From positions 5,287 to 69,286 of IMG/VR virus record IMGVR_UViG_3300005512_000020: 64,000 nt of DNA; one strand, given 5' to 3'. The notes beneath the pieces are model-generated. The model made no database searches. It was given only the letters and a program-made list of their open reading frames with translations, and was not told the origin of the DNA. Positions 63,979 to 64,000 of the stretch are shown here, one piece after another. Position 1 is the stretch's first letter. Every line of letters begins with the position of its first letter. The position numbers and the translations under genes are program-made. The stretch comes from a virus. Lineage: Duplodnaviria > Caudoviricetes.

Positions 63979-64000
63979 GTGACGCTATGTGTTGGGTGAC
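63979..64000. promoter_or_regulatory. 22-bp operator
   Basis: GTGAC GCTA TGTG TTGG GTGAC. Confidence 0.62.

Overview
The whole 64 kb window is bacteriophage DNA with no host housekeeping genes. It looks like most or all of a temperate, podovirus-type (P22-like tail, ejection proteins) genome in its excised/virion form, cut inside the early region. Layout: (1) 1-13.2 kb, minus strand: small early/accessory genes, two signal-peptide proteins, a tRNA-fMet, an unusual CCA-ended tRNA-like RNA, a YiiX-type amidase, a glycosyltransferase-sulfotransferase fusion and an ~800 nt non-coding block. (2) 13.3-43.9 kb, plus strand: portal, scaffold, major capsid, an adaptor-phosphatase fusion, two glycosyltransferases, nozzle, fibre, three ejection proteins, fibre-like proteins with signal peptides and a methyltransferase. 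(3) 43.9-49.5 kb, minus strand: DnaB, exonuclease, SSB and Sak4-like ATPase. (4) 49.3-51.4 kb: a divergent RHH regulator pair, an integrase and attP holding a complete tRNA-Arg(ACG). (5) 51.4-64 kb, minus strand: terminase, a second tyrosine recombinase, a methyltransferase-SNF2 helicase and a MoxR-type AAA ATPase with partner. Best leads: the nested tRNA-within-tRNA RNA; a glycosylation/methylation/sulfation/phosphatase toolkit together with exported tail-fibre-like proteins; and a 22-bp palindromic promoter/operator found at many operon starts. Protein calls come from motif recognition only; no database searches were run. The host is unknown; the SSB resembles PVC-group (Verrucomicrobia-like) SSBs, which is a weak inference.
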